Assembly: GCA_964016885.1 (NCBI GenBank)
Contig: OZ024742.1
Location: forward strand, 195,672,001 to 195,736,000
Length of the DNA stretch: 64,000 bases
Origin: Eledone cirrhosa
Taxonomy: Eukaryota
Direction of reading: 5' to 3'
The notes below the pieces were generated by a model that saw only the letters and a list, made by a program, of their open reading frames with translations, was not told where the DNA came from and did not search any database. Below, piece after piece: positions 29,500 to 42,785 of the stretch (position 1 is its first letter; each line of letters opens with the position of its first letter). Position numbers and translations under genes: made by a program.

Positions 29500-29639
29500 C
29501 ATACATATATATATATATATATCCATACATATACAAACATACACATACATACACAGACCTATACATAAATATACACATATATATACAGACATATAACGCA
29601 TATATACACACACATATATACACATATATATATACACAT

Positions 29640-29674
<35 letters not shown>

Positions 29675-29772
29675 CACACACATACATATATATATATATA
29701 CACACACACACACGCGCATACACACATAGACACACAGACACATAAATATATATACACACTCTCTCTCTCACG

Positions 29773-29878
<106 letters not shown>

Positions 29879-29959
29879 CATACACACACATACATACATA
29901 CACACATACACATACACAGACACATATATATACATATATATACACATATATACACACAT

Positions 29960-30001
<42 letters not shown>

Positions 30002-30013
30002 ACATATACATAT

Positions 30014-30094
<81 letters not shown>

Positions 30095-30207
30095 CATATA
30101 TACATATATATACACACACACATACATACACATATATATATATATATACATACAAATACACACACACACTCATATATTTATATATACACACCTGCCCACA
30201 CAACTAT

Positions 30208-30276
<69 letters not shown>

Positions 30277-30575
30277 TACATATATATATATATACACACA
30301 CACACACGCACACACATACATACATACACACACACACATACATATACATATATATATATATATATACACACACTCATATATACACACATACATACATATA
30401 CATATATACATATATATATATATACATACATATATATACATATATATACACATACATATACATATATATACACATATACACACACATACATACACACATA
30501 CACATACACATACATATACATAAACATACATACATACATACACATACATACATACATACATACATACACATACAT

Positions 30576-30618
<43 letters not shown>

Positions 30619-30954
30619 CATACATATACACAAGCATATACATACATATACATACATAAATATACACACATAAAACACATATACACACAAACATATATAT
30701 ATACACATATATAAATATATATATATACACACACACATACACATATACACACATACAAACAAATATATACACATACAAGTAAATAGGTACTCAATAAATA
30801 TACGCATATACGCAGGCACATAAAGACACCTCTACAGGCAGAAAATGTAGATACGAAAGAGGTACTCACATAACCATAGTGGCCGTATTTCAGGTTGAGG
30901 AGGGGTGGGGTAGGGTGGGGAGGAGGTATAGGGGCCAATAGGGGGAGGTCGTTT

Positions 30955-32138
30955 TTAGCCATCGGGCTTTAACACTGGCTTAAAGTGTTTGAATGTTGCA
31001 AAGTTCTTGTGCATGCAGTTCGGGCAGTGTTCAGAGAGTTTGTTCAGTAGCGGGCCCTTGGCGAATAAAATTTCGTAGCTCTCTGAAATACAAAGGTCGC
31101 AGCCCTTGTGTTCTCCGTTGTAAGAGCGCGCTTTCTGGAGTATTTTCCAATTAAGCGTGAAGGGGGTGGAGTTCCTTTTGAGGTCCCAAACGTGGGAGGC
31201 GAGTGTTGTCTGATTTGATTTATCCGGTCTTCTGAAGGAGTGGGTATGGGCATACCAACGGGTCTTAAAGTTGTTGGAGGTCATGCCGATGTAAGTTTTT
31301 TTGCAATCCTCGGTGCCTCAGATGACATCGCATTTGTATACGATGTCATTTGTGAGGCATTTGTTTTCAAGTGGGCATGCTTCCTTATTTAGGCAATTAC
31401 ATAGAGCCCCAGTCCGGGGATTGGTTTCGGAGGTGGTTGGCTTATTTAGTTTAGAATTGTGGTTGGCTATATTCCTAGCTAGGTTAGGTGTGGTGGAGTA
31501 AGACAGTCTTATAGTGTTCTTATTAAAGATGGTGTAGTACCTATGTTGTATGGGGAAGTGTAATTTCAGTAAAGTGAAGAAAATCCTAGCTATCGGAGTA
31601 GATACCTCTCTATTGAAGGGAGGGTTGTACCAGCTAATCTGCCTATGTCTATTCCTCCTCTGCAAACTTGCGGTGGTCTCTAGGTAAGTTATCTTATCTT
31701 TAAATCCGCTACGGGCTAGGGCGTCATTGTAGTAGGAGGCAGATGCATTAAAAATATCTTTGTTGGCGGAGAGGCCAGATATTCTAATAGAGACGCTTTT
31801 TACTAGGTTATCAGTGATGTTTTGGGGGTGGTTAGAATTAACATTAATATATTTAAGGGACTCGTTAGGTTTGTGGTACGGGTAATAGAGGGAAGTATCT
31901 AGGTCGAGAGTGACATCTAAGAAGTTGGCCCTAGTCAAATTAGAATCTATAGTTATACTAAATCCTAGATTAGAGAAGAAAGAGCTTAAGTTTTTCCGAA
32001 ACCCATCGGTGATTCTGGGGCTAACCTTATGCAGGGCGAAGAGGCCGTCGTCTCGGTATAAACCTCCAGTTAGGCCGGTAAAGAGGTTCTTCGGGTTATG
32101 TAGGATGTACAGGCCCACAAGGTCGCTAATTTCAGCCG
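30955..32138 (-). pseudogene. Truncated PLE RT/GIY-YIG ORF (element A inverted copy) with in-frame TGA at 31318-31320
   Basis: Motifs GLYRDDG, NFLDVT, WYNPPF, CNC..CPL..C, YIG and CDLC. Confidence 0.9.
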
Positions 32139-33919
32139 TTTATGAGGTAGACCCACAGACCTACAATAAGCTGGCAAAAAATACCATCACGACCACCTAC
32201 AAAAAGGTAATAGAGAGGGCACTGACTGAGACAAACGCGGCCGGAAAAGAAATCGCCAAGTCCCTTAAATTACATGACCGAACCGAACCTTTAAGGGTAA
32301 AGAACCCGCACTTTACCCTGAAGGACCATAAGGGAAATTTCCTCAACAAACCATCAGTCAGACTTATCAACCCCACTCGTTCTGACATCGGCTCTATCAG
32401 TAAGAAGATCCTGGATAGAGTTCTACCATCATTGCGGGCAGCCTCACCACTTCCACTCTGGAGTAGAACATCTGAGGCAATATCATGGTTCCAAGAATTA
32501 CCCGATAAACACCACACTCGCTTCCTGCAACTTGACATAGAAAACTACTATGCCTCTATCTCGGAGCCCCTCCTGAAGGACGCAATTAACTTTGCCAGGA
32601 ATTTTACCACCATTACCGATGCTGAGCAAGTTATTATCCTCCACGCTCGTAAGACCTTTCTATACCACGATGGATCTTACTGGATCAACAAGAAATCTCA
32701 GACCCCATTTGACGTTAGCATGGGGGCGAGTGACTCGGCTGAAATTAGCGACCTTGTGGGCCTGTACATCCTACATAACCTGAAGAACCTCTTTACCGGC
32801 CTAACTGGAGGTTTATACCGAGACGACGGCCTCTTCGCCCTGCATAAGGTTAGCCCCAGAACCACCGATGGGTTTCGGAAAAACTTAAGCTCTTTCTTCC
32901 CTAATCTAGGATTTAGTATAACTATAGATTCTAATTTGACTAGGGCCAACTTCTTAGATGTCACTCTCGACCTAGATACTTCCCTCTATTACCCGTACCA
33001 CAAACCTAACGAGTCCCTTAAATATATTAATGTTAATTCTAACCACCCCCAAAACATCACTGATAACCTAGTAAAAAGCGTCTCTATTAGAATATCTGGC
33101 CTCTCCGCCAACAAAGATATTTTTAATGCATCTGCCTCCTACTACAATGACGCCCTAGCCCGTAGCGGATTTAAAGATAAGATAACTTACCTAGAGACCA
33201 CCGCAAGTTTGCAGAGGAGGAATAGACATAGGCAGATTAGCTGGTACAACCCTCCCTTCAATAGAGAGGTATCTACTCCGATAGCTAGGATTTTCTTCAC
33301 TTTACTGAAATTACACTTCCCCATACAACATAGGTACTACACTATCTTTAATAAGAACACTATAAGACTGTCTTACTCCACCACACCTAACCTAGCTAGG
33401 AATATAGCCAACCACAATTCTAAACTAAATAAGCCAACCACCTCCGAAACCAATCCCCGGACTGGGGCTCTATGTAATTGCCTAAATAAGGAAGCATGCC
33501 CACTTGAAAACAAATGCCTCACAAATGACATCGTATACAAATGCGATGTCATCTGAGGCACCGAGGATTGCAAAAAAACTTACATCGGCATGACCTCCAA
33601 CAACTTTAAGACCCGTTGGTATGCCCATACCCACTCCTTCAGAAGACCGGATAAATCAAATCAGACAACACTCGCCTCCCACGTTTGGGACCTCAAAAGG
33701 AACTCCACCCCCTTCACGCTTAATTGGAAAATACTCCAGAAAGCGCGCTCTTACAACGGAGGACACAAGGGCTGCGACCTTTGTATTTCAGAGAGCTACG
33801 AAATTTTATTCGCCAAGGGCCCGCTACTGAACAAACTCTCTGAACACTGCCCGAACTGCATGCACAAGAACTTTGTAACATTCAAACACTTTAAGCCAGT
33901 GTTAAAGCCCGATGGCTAA
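32138..33919 (+). CDS. 5'-truncated PLE RT + GIY-YIG ORF (element A), interrupted only by one in-frame TGA (33554-33556)
   Basis: Motifs LKDHK..RLINP, LDIENYY, MGASDS, YRDD, CNC-x5-CPL, VYKCDVI*GTEDCKKTYIG and CDLCISE. ORFs 31910-33556 and 33590-33919 are in the same frame. Confidence 0.85.
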
Positions 33920-34254
33920 AAACGACCTCCCCCTATTGGCCCCTATACCTCCTCCCCACCCTACCCCCACCCCTCCTCAACCTGAAATACGGCCACTATG
34001 GTTATGTGAGTACCTCTTTCGTATCTACATTTTCTGCCTGTAGAGGTGTCTTTATGTGCCTGCGTATATGCGTATATTTATTGAGTACCTATTTACTTGT
34101 ATGTGTATATATTTGTTTGTATGTGTGTATATGTGTATGTGTGTGTGTATATATATATATATTTATATATGTGTATATATATATGTTTGTGTGTATATGT
34201 GTTTTATGTGTGTATATTTATGTATGTATATGTATGTATATGCTTGTGTATATG

Positions 34255-34313
<59 letters not shown>

Positions 34314-34632
34314 ATGTATGTGAATGTATGTATGTATGTATGTATGTGTATGTATGTATGTATGTTTATGTATATGTATGTGTATGTGTATGTGTGTATG
34401 TATGTGTGTGTATATGTGTATATATATGTATATGTATGTGTACATATATGTATATATATGTATGTATATATATATATATATGTATATATGTATATGTATA
34501 CTAGGGAGAGGATCAGGGGTGTATAACACTCCACTTATCCAGCAGGCAGTATAAGGTTAGCTCAATGTCTGAGGACAGAGCCGTGATATAATAAATAACA
34601 AAGAACGCCTATAGCATATGCATATCTTTACT

Positions 34633-34678
34633 TGCTAACATTGTTTCATCCGCACTATAAGTGGGACTCATCAGAGCA
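34633..34678 (-). ncRNA. Type I hammerhead ribozyme motif (element B 3' pLTR)
   Basis: tgct-CTGATGA-gtcc cact tat agtg c ggat-GAAACAATGT-T-agca. Confidence 0.8.
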
Positions 34679-35365
34679 TAAAGGTTAATTACATACCATA
34701 CAAGCAATAACAAATCCAAGACATTGAAGAATGAAAAATAATAATAGACGATAAAGGATATTAAGGAAGTAAAAGTAAAAATAAAAATAGGAATAAAAAT
34801 AAAAATAAAAATAAAAATAAAAATAAGATAATAAAATAAACAATGAAAAATAAGGGGTGCTATCAGTCACAGTTGGGCGGGGTGCTGTCAACATATAGTC
34901 ACATACAAGCATACACATGGATAAGAGAACAGACAAGAGTAGATAAGATAGATAGGATTAGGTAAGAGTAGGTAAAAAATAGGTGAAAAACAGACTTATA
35001 ATATATATAAGAAAATATAAAGAAATACATAACAAACTTACATATAAAATATAAAATATACAGATAATAGTGATACAGGGTAAGGAATGAGATAAAATAA
35101 TATAAAATTAAAATTAAAATTATATAAAATAGAACATAATATAATATAATCATAAAATAAGATAAAATAAGATAAAATAAGGTAAACTAAAATAAAATAA
35201 AATAGACTAAATTAAAATAATATAATATAAGATATAATTAAATGTAATTAAATAAAATAAATGAATAAATAAATAAATAAAATTAAATAAATAAGTAAAT
35301 AAAATTAAAATTAAAATTAAAATTAAATTTAAATAAATAAATAAATACATAAATAAATAAATAAG

Positions 35366-35400
<35 letters not shown>

Positions 35401-36905
35401 ATGGAATTAAATAAGTAAATAAATAAAATTAGATAACATGAAATGAAATAAAATAAAATAAAATGAAATAAAGTAAATTGAGATAAGATATATATTTTTT
35501 TTTTTAGAATATATCTCTTGAATATATCAGGGGCCCACGAAGGCACTAAGTGTCACAGTTATGTGTATCACTTGACCATTTTTTTAAAATAGATTTCTTG
35601 AAAATATCAGGGGCCCACGAAGGCACTAAGTGTCACAGTCACCAGTATCACTTGACCATTGCAAGGCAATGGAGGCGTCCCAGGTTGGGCAGTCTCAAAA
35701 GTTCACTCGAAAGTCGCGGGTGTGCATTCACACAGTTGAGCGGTGGGGTAATCACAAACCGGTTCACACCCGGGCAGGAGTCCAATGGTCAGAGAGAGGT
35801 GCATCGAAGGAAGGTAGGAGAATTCACGTGCATTAGCAAGCGAAGTGCAGGCGGGTTAGCCAAAGCAAGCAGACACAGTTGGAGCGCATACAAAAGATAT
35901 ATAAAAAGACAGAAGATATATAAAAAATAGCTTCAAGAGCCATGAAGTCACCGCATTGGGACATCACAAGATTGTACACATCAATATGTTCAGCACGTAT
36001 ATGCACATATACACACCACATGCATATGCAGAGACGGTATACATATATATATATATATTTTTTTATATACAGACATATACAACCACCTACACCCATACAC
36101 ATATAAATGTATACACGGACACACACGCACACACACACAGCGTAGGACACCCGGGTCAAAGCTGATATTAAACACCGAAATACCACGTTAGGCCAGACCC
36201 ACCACCACGGATAATACATTCAAAATAAATACATACGATGAGATGTAGTAAAATAAAGTTGAAATCCTACGGAGATAATCGTGTCCGCACGTGCCATTGC
36301 CCGATTCAAGTGTACACAGACCGTTAGTAACTACGGAGGGCTATCGGGGCCAAAACGTTACTTTCGGGATCATAACAACGACCGTCAATATATGGAAGGC
36401 CGATCGTGCTAGAAAGACTACAACCCCGGGCAAGAGCTCCCAGAAGTCAGCCTGTAGATCTTAAACCACAGAATATGAGGGCAACACGTACATGCGCCAC
36501 GTATCCACTGCTTACGGCGGGATGGCACAGGTCCGCCCACAGTTACAGGCTAAATTTCTATTAGTGCAGCCTAAATCACAGTACACGCTTTACATAAATA
36601 CATTACATCACAACTCATGTGCATACAGAGGTACAGATCCACAAGATATACGTCAGGATAGACCCACCAATGCACCAATGGTGGGTAGGCGAGCGTGGAT
36701 GGGTTACATCCGCTGTGCCAAACAGGGGTGCTTATTAACATACACACCCACTCACCTGTACACCCCAATATCCAGATCAATATCCTCCCACAGGCATACG
36801 TATACATTCACCGACTCATATACATAGACGACCAACAATAGGAGACAGTTACACACAATCAGAGACAGTTACACAAGACAGCCCAACTGGAGGAATAAGG
36901 AAGTG

Positions 36906-39395
36906 CTAGCTAACAGGTTTAAAGTAGAAGAAAGAGCTTAATATTCGGTGGGGGCAAGAGGAAAATATTTCAGACTTTCTATTTAGTAGAGGGCATTTAG
37001 CAAATATAATAAAGTGGGATTCGGCAAGGCATAGGTTACATACTCTATTATGAGGAGTATATGGATGGGATTTAGCAACCTGCCGCCAAGTAAGTGTGTA
37101 ATGTGTTCGTGCATTTTTTAAATTATGGACGTACGCTGCCAAGGAGGTGGAGTTCCTCAGTTTATTATGTCTAAAAGTGCATTGGTGAGAGTTAAACCTT
37201 GTCTTAAAGGGGGTGGAGGTTGATCCTATATAGGTCTTAGTGGACGCCGTAGTTACTACATCACACGCATAAACTATGTTTCTAACAAGGCAGAAACCAT
37301 TCAGGGGGCAGCCTGAAGCCCTTCTACAGTTACAACCTCTGGTGATGCTATTCTCAGAATGATCACCACTTGTGTTTCTGCCCACTCTGTCCACTACCGT
37401 GTTTTCCCCTAGGCTTAGGTTGTCCAGGCCTTCCTTTATTTTCTTATTATTAGTAATGGCCAGATGAGAGGCCAGATTTTGGGTTGTAGAATACGAAAGT
37501 TTAACAACATTCTTATTGAGGATAGAGTGGTACCTATTACCAGGAGGGAAGTTCCTTTCTAACACAGAGAAGAAGGCCCTAGGAATATTTATAGCCACTT
37601 CAGAATTAAAAGGGGGGTTGAAGTATGTATTCAATCTTCTTCTATTCTTTTTATTCTTTCTATTTCCATCAGTATTATTAGCATTATTATTTCTACGGTT
37701 CCTATGCTCACCTAGTCTATGCGGGGAGCTGCGAGGCCTACCATTGCTATTACTTAGACTAATGGTGCCCTGCTGGTTCATTCCACCGGCATCTAGAAAC
37801 CTCCCATTCGCGACACCTCTATTGCTATTACTTAGACTAATGGTGCCCTGCTGCTTCATTCCACCGGCATTTAGAACCCTCCCATTCGCGACACCTCCAT
37901 TACCAATGGACATATTATGTGTTATAACAACACTGGTAGAGCTACTATTAGGACTATTATTTCCCTGGGTGTAATACAATTTGTCCCTAAAGCCGGATCT
38001 AGCTAAGGCATCATTATAGTAATCAGCCTGCCAGTCAAACGCCTCCTCACTATGTGAGAGTGAACTTATTCTGTTAGATACGCCCTTCAGTATACCGCTG
38101 ATGACCGACCTAGGGTGGTTAGAGTTGGTATTCACGTAAGTCAGCAATTCATTAGGCTTATGGTACGGTGTGTACGTATGGTTATCCAAGTCCAATGTAA
38201 CATCCAGGAAGTTCACAGTTCTATCATTTATATCCATAGTAATGGATAGGTTAAATGTTTTAAAAAAACTATGCAGCTTTTTCCTAATGCGCACTATATT
38301 ATACTTACTAGTATCTATGGAGAGTAGGGCGTCATCCCGGTACAACCCGCCCCTAAGGAAAGGGAAGTTACTATGCAGTTCATTGAGGAGGTATAGCCCA
38401 ACTAAGTCGGTGACTTGAACAGAGTCACTCGACCCCATAGTAATGTCAAAATTATCAGGTGTGTTTTTTCTCGTCCATAGATTATCCTCAAACATGATAA
38501 TGGTTTTACGTGCAGCGAGAACAATATCTATCTGTGGCCTTGTAATTGCCCCCCTTTGCATGGCTAGGATGAGGGCCTTATTGAGGATAATAGGAGATAT
38601 AGATGTATAATAAGCATCAATATCAAATTGGATGAATTTGAGTGAGTCACGACCACAATCCGTAGAGAACCACGTAATGACCTCACTAGTGTTACCCCAA
38701 AGCTCAAGGAAAGTTTTTTCTCTAACCAGGGGAATAACGCTATCCAAGATTCCCTTACTAATAATCCCCAGGTCAGACTTGGAGGGGCAGATAAGCCTAA
38801 CTGAGGGTCTGCTAATAAAATCTTCCTTGTGGTCCTTGAGGGTGAATCTAGGCTGCTTGGGGTAATAAGGCTGAGTGTGTTTATCCAGACCTAGTTTTAC
38901 CACTATGTTATACCCCTCCAGATTAATATTATCTAAATTACTCTGCGTTGTTTTTTTGTAGTTCCTATGTAGTTCATTATAAATGAAGCCTCGATAGGTT
39001 TTATAATCCATACTATATAAGTTTTTAGTTTTGTCAGAGGGGACCAGAATGGATTTATTATCCCTAAAGTCCCTAACGATTGAACTTAGTTTACTCTGAA
39101 ATTTATTGGTACATCTAGATTTTTTATATCTAATATTCCTAACAAGGGATAATAGTTCACTTTCGAAGTTATCCAACAGGCTATTATGCGGGGGGCTCCT
39201 ATAGGTCTTAAATCCATAATTATTAAAACTACGCCTCTCTTCAGGACTATCATACTTCCTATCAAAATGGAACGCACGCCACCGAACACGTTTTACGAAT
39301 GAGTTTATGCTAGTTATCAGTGATTTCTCATATGAGATTTTAGGGGGGGTGGGAATATTCTTCAAGGAAATGGGTAAGTATGTCTTTGTTAGCAT
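36906..39395 (-). CDS. Uninterrupted Penelope-like RT + C-terminal GIY-YIG endonuclease (Hydra-clade-like); first ATG at 39395 (frame open from 39437)
   Basis: Motifs SLKNIP, SDKT, LKDHK, FDIDAYY, MGSSDS, YRDD, NFLDVT, FNPPF, CNCRRASGCPLNGFC, VY..YIG, CNLC..E and CPH. No stops. Confidence 0.93.
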   Translation of the reverse strand: MLTKTYLPISLKNIPTPPKISYEKSLITSINSFVKRVRWRAFHFDRKYDSPEERRSFNNYGFKTYRSPPHNSLLDNFESELLSLVRNIRYKKSRCTNKFQSKLSSIVRDFRDNKSILVPSDKTKNLYSMDYKTYRGFIYNELHRNYKKTTQSNLDNINLEGYNIVVKLGLDKHTQPYYPKQPRFTLKDHKEDFISRPSVRLICPSKSDLGIISKGILDSVIPLVREKTFLELWGNTSEVITWFSTDCGRDSLKFIQFDIDAYYTSISPIILNKALILAMQRGAITRPQIDIVLAARKTIIMFEDNLWTRKNTPDNFDITMGSSDSVQVTDLVGLYLLNELHSNFPFLRGGLYRDDALLSIDTSKYNIVRIRKKLHSFFKTFNLSITMDINDRTVNFLDVTLDLDNHTYTPYHKPNELLTYVNTNSNHPRSVISGILKGVSNRISSLSHSEEAFDWQADYYNDALARSGFRDKLYYTQGNNSPNSSSTSVVITHNMSIGNGGVANGRVLNAGGMKQQGTISLSNSNRGVANGRFLDAGGMNQQGTISLSNSNGRPRSSPHRLGEHRNRRNNNANNTDGNRKNKKNRRRLNTYFNPPFNSEVAINIPRAFFSVLERNFPPGNRYHSILNKNVVKLSYSTTQNLASHLAITNNKKIKEGLDNLSLGENTVVDRVGRNTSGDHSENSITRGCNCRRASGCPLNGFCLVRNIVYACDVVTTASTKTYIGSTSTPFKTRFNSHQCTFRHNKLRNSTSLAAYVHNLKNARTHYTLTWRQVAKSHPYTPHNRVCNLCLAESHFIIFAKCPLLNRKSEIFSSCPHRILSSFFYFKPVS

Positions 39396-39604
39396 ACTGC
39401 CTGATAATATACAAGGACACAAATTCACGTATATCAAAGTTTAAGCTCAACCAGTGGGAGCCGTATAGTATACTAGGGAGAGGATCAGGGGTGTATAACA
39501 CTCCACTTATCCACCAGGCAGTATAAGGTTAGCTCAATGTCTGAGGACAGAGCCGTGATATAATAAATAACAAAGAACGCCTATAGCATATGCATATCTT
39601 TACT

Positions 39605-39650
39605 TGCTAACATTGTTTCATCCGCACTATAAGTGGGACTCATCAGAGCA
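39605..39650 (-). ncRNA. Type I hammerhead ribozyme motif (element B upstream pLTR)
   Basis: Identical core to 34633-34678. Confidence 0.8.
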
Positions 39651-40963
39651 TAAAGGTTAATTACATACCATACAAGCAATAACAAATCCAAGACATTGAA
39701 GAATGAAAAATAATAATAGACGATAAAGGATATTAAGGAAGTAAAAGTAAAAATAAAAATAGGAATAAAAATAAAAATAAAAATAAAAATAAGATAATAA
39801 AATAAACAATGAAAAATAAGGGGTGCTATCAGTCACAGTTGGGCGGGGTGCACGTATATGCACATATACACACCACATGCATATGCAGAGACGGTATACA
39901 TATATATATATATTTTTTTTTATATACAGACATATACAACCACCTACACCCATACACATATAAATGTATACACGGACACACACGCACACACACACAGCGT
40001 AGGACACGTTTTGGCCCCGATAGCCCTCCGTAGTTACTAACGGTCTGTGTACACTTGAATCGGGCAATGGCACGTGCGGACACGATTATCTCCGTAGGAT
40101 TTCAACTTTATTTTACTACATCTCATCGTATGTATTTATTTTGAATGTATTATCCGTGGTGGTGGGTCTGGCCTAACGTGGTATTTCGGTGTTTAATATC
40201 AGCTTTGACCCGGGTGTCCTACGCTGTGTGTGTGTGCGTGTGTGTCCGTGTATACATTTATATGTGTATGGGTGTAGGTCGTTGTATATGTCTGTATATA
40301 AAAAAATATATATATATATATGTATACCGTCTCTGCATATGCATGTGGTGTGTATATGTGCATATACGTGCTGAACATATTGATGTGTACAATCTTGTGA
40401 TGTCCCAATGCGGTGACTTCATGGCTCTTGAAGCTATTTTTTATATATCTTCTGTCTTTTTATATATCTTTTGTATGCGCTCCAACTGTGTCTGCTTGCT
40501 TTGGCTAACCCGCCTGCACTTCGCTTGCTAATGCACGTGAATTCTCCTACCTTCCTTCGATGCACCTCTCTCTGACCATTGGACTCCTGCCCGGGTGTGA
40601 ACCGGTTTGTGATTACCCCACCGCTCAACTGTGTGAATGCACACCCGCGACTTTCGAGTGAACTTTTGAGACTGCCCAACCTGGGACGCCTCCATTGCCT
40701 TGCAATGGTCAAGTGATACTGGTGACTGTGACACTTAGTGCCTTCGTGGGCCCCTGATATTTTCAAGAAATATATTTTAAAAAAATGGTCAAGTGATACA
40801 CATAACTGTGACACTTAGTGCCTTCGTGGGCCCTTGATATATTCAAGAGATATATTCTAAAAAAAAAAATATATATCTTATCTCAATTTACTTTATTTCA
40901 TTTTATTTTATTTTATTTCATTTCATGTTATCTAATTTTATTTATTTACTTATTTAATTCCAT

Positions 40964-41002
<39 letters not shown>

Positions 41003-41699
41003 CTTATTTATTTATTTATGTATTTATTTATTTATTTAAATTTAATTTTAATTTTAATTTTAATTTTATTTATTTATTTATTTAATTTTATTTATTTATT
41101 TATTTATTCATTTATTTTATTTAATTACATTTAATTATATCTTATATTATATTATTTTAATTTAGTCTATTTTATTTTATTTTAGTTTACCTTATTTTAT
41201 CTTATTTTATCTTATTTTATGATTATATTATATTATGTTCTATTTTATATAATTTTAATTTTAATTTTATATTATTTTATCTCATTCCTTACCCTGTATC
41301 ACTATTATCTGTATATTTTATATTTTATATGTAAGTTTGTTATGTATTTCTTTATATTTTCTTATATATATTATAAGTCTGTTTTTCACCTATTTTTTAC
41401 CTACTCTTACCTAATCCTATCTATCTTATCTACTCTTGTCTGTTCTCTTATCCATGTGTATGCTTGTATGTGACTATATGTTGACAGCACCCCGCCCAAC
41501 TGTGACTGATAGCACCCCTTATTTTTCATTGTTTATTTTATTATCTTATTTTTATTTTTATTTTTATTTTTATTTTTATTTTTATTCCTATTTTTATTTT
41601 TACTTTTACTTCCTTAATATCCTTTATCGTCTATTATTATTTTTCATTCTTCAATGTCTTGGATTTGTTATTGCTTGTATGGTATGTAATTAACCTTTA

Positions 41700-41745
41700 T
41701 GCTCTGATGAGTCCCACTTATAGTGCGGATGAAACAATGTTAGCA
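41700..41745 (+). ncRNA. Type I hammerhead ribozyme motif (element B inverted arm)
   Basis: CTGATGA at 41704-41710, GAAA at 41731-41734, stem I tgct/agca, cleavage triplet GUU. Confidence 0.8.
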
Positions 41746-41789
41746 AGTAAAGATATGCATATGCTATAGGCGTTCTTTGTTATTTATTA

Positions 41790-41821
41790 TATATATGTAT
41801 ATGTATGTATGTGTGTATATA

Positions 41822-41852
<31 letters not shown>

Positions 41853-41997
41853 GTATATGTATGTGTGTGTGTGTATGTATGTATGTGTGTGCGTGTGTGT
41901 GTGTGTATATATATATATTTGAGTGTGTGTGTGTATTTGTATGTATATATATATATATATATATATGTGTATGTATGTGTGTGTGTATATATATGTA

Positions 41998-42062
<65 letters not shown>

Positions 42063-42065
42063 ATA

Positions 42066-42102
<37 letters not shown>

Positions 42103-42231
42103 ATATGTATATGTATGTATATATATATATATATATGTGTGTGTGTCTGTATGTGTGTATATATGTGTATATATATGTATATATATGTGTCTGTGTATGT
42201 GTATGTGTGTATGTATGTATGTGTGTGTATG

Positions 42232-42276
<45 letters not shown>

Positions 42277-42279
42277 ATA

Positions 42280-42325
<46 letters not shown>

Positions 42326-42417
42326 CGTGAGAGAGAGAGTGTGTATATATATTTGTGTGTGTGTGTGTGTATGTGTGTATGCGCGTGTGTGTGTGTGTAT
42401 ATATATATATATATGTA

Positions 42418-42468
<51 letters not shown>

Positions 42469-42628
42469 ATGTGTATATATATATGTGTATATATGTGTGT
42501 GTATATATGCGTTATATGTCTGTATATATATGTGTATATTTATGTATAGGTCTGTGTATGTATGTGTATGTTTGTATATGTATGGATATATATATATATA
42601 TACATGTATATAAATATATATATGTATG

Positions 42629-42713
<85 letters not shown>

Positions 42714-42752
42714 GTGTGTGTGTATATAGATGTTTATACATATGCATGTGTA

Positions 42753-42785
<33 letters not shown>

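Larger units (their letters stand above)
34496..41790 (-). mobile_element. PLE element B, apparently full-length: direct pseudo-LTRs 34496-34885 and 39468-39851, ORF, and an inverted 5' copy (40006-41790) of its own 3' region (34586-36358)
   Basis: Direct and inverted repeats are near-identical. Inserted in TA-rich microsatellite within the element A right arm. Confidence 0.92.

Noticed and set aside
31910-32137. N-terminal 76 aa of the 548-aa ORF
   Set aside because: Antisense read-through of the inverted arm; real RT homology starts at about 32138.
34886-35992. Possible spliced intron explaining the 1.1-kb skip in the upstream copy of element B
   Set aside because: The 3' side looks like an acceptor (ttgacag|), but no GT or GC donor fits in register; a 2-nt microhomology explains the junction.
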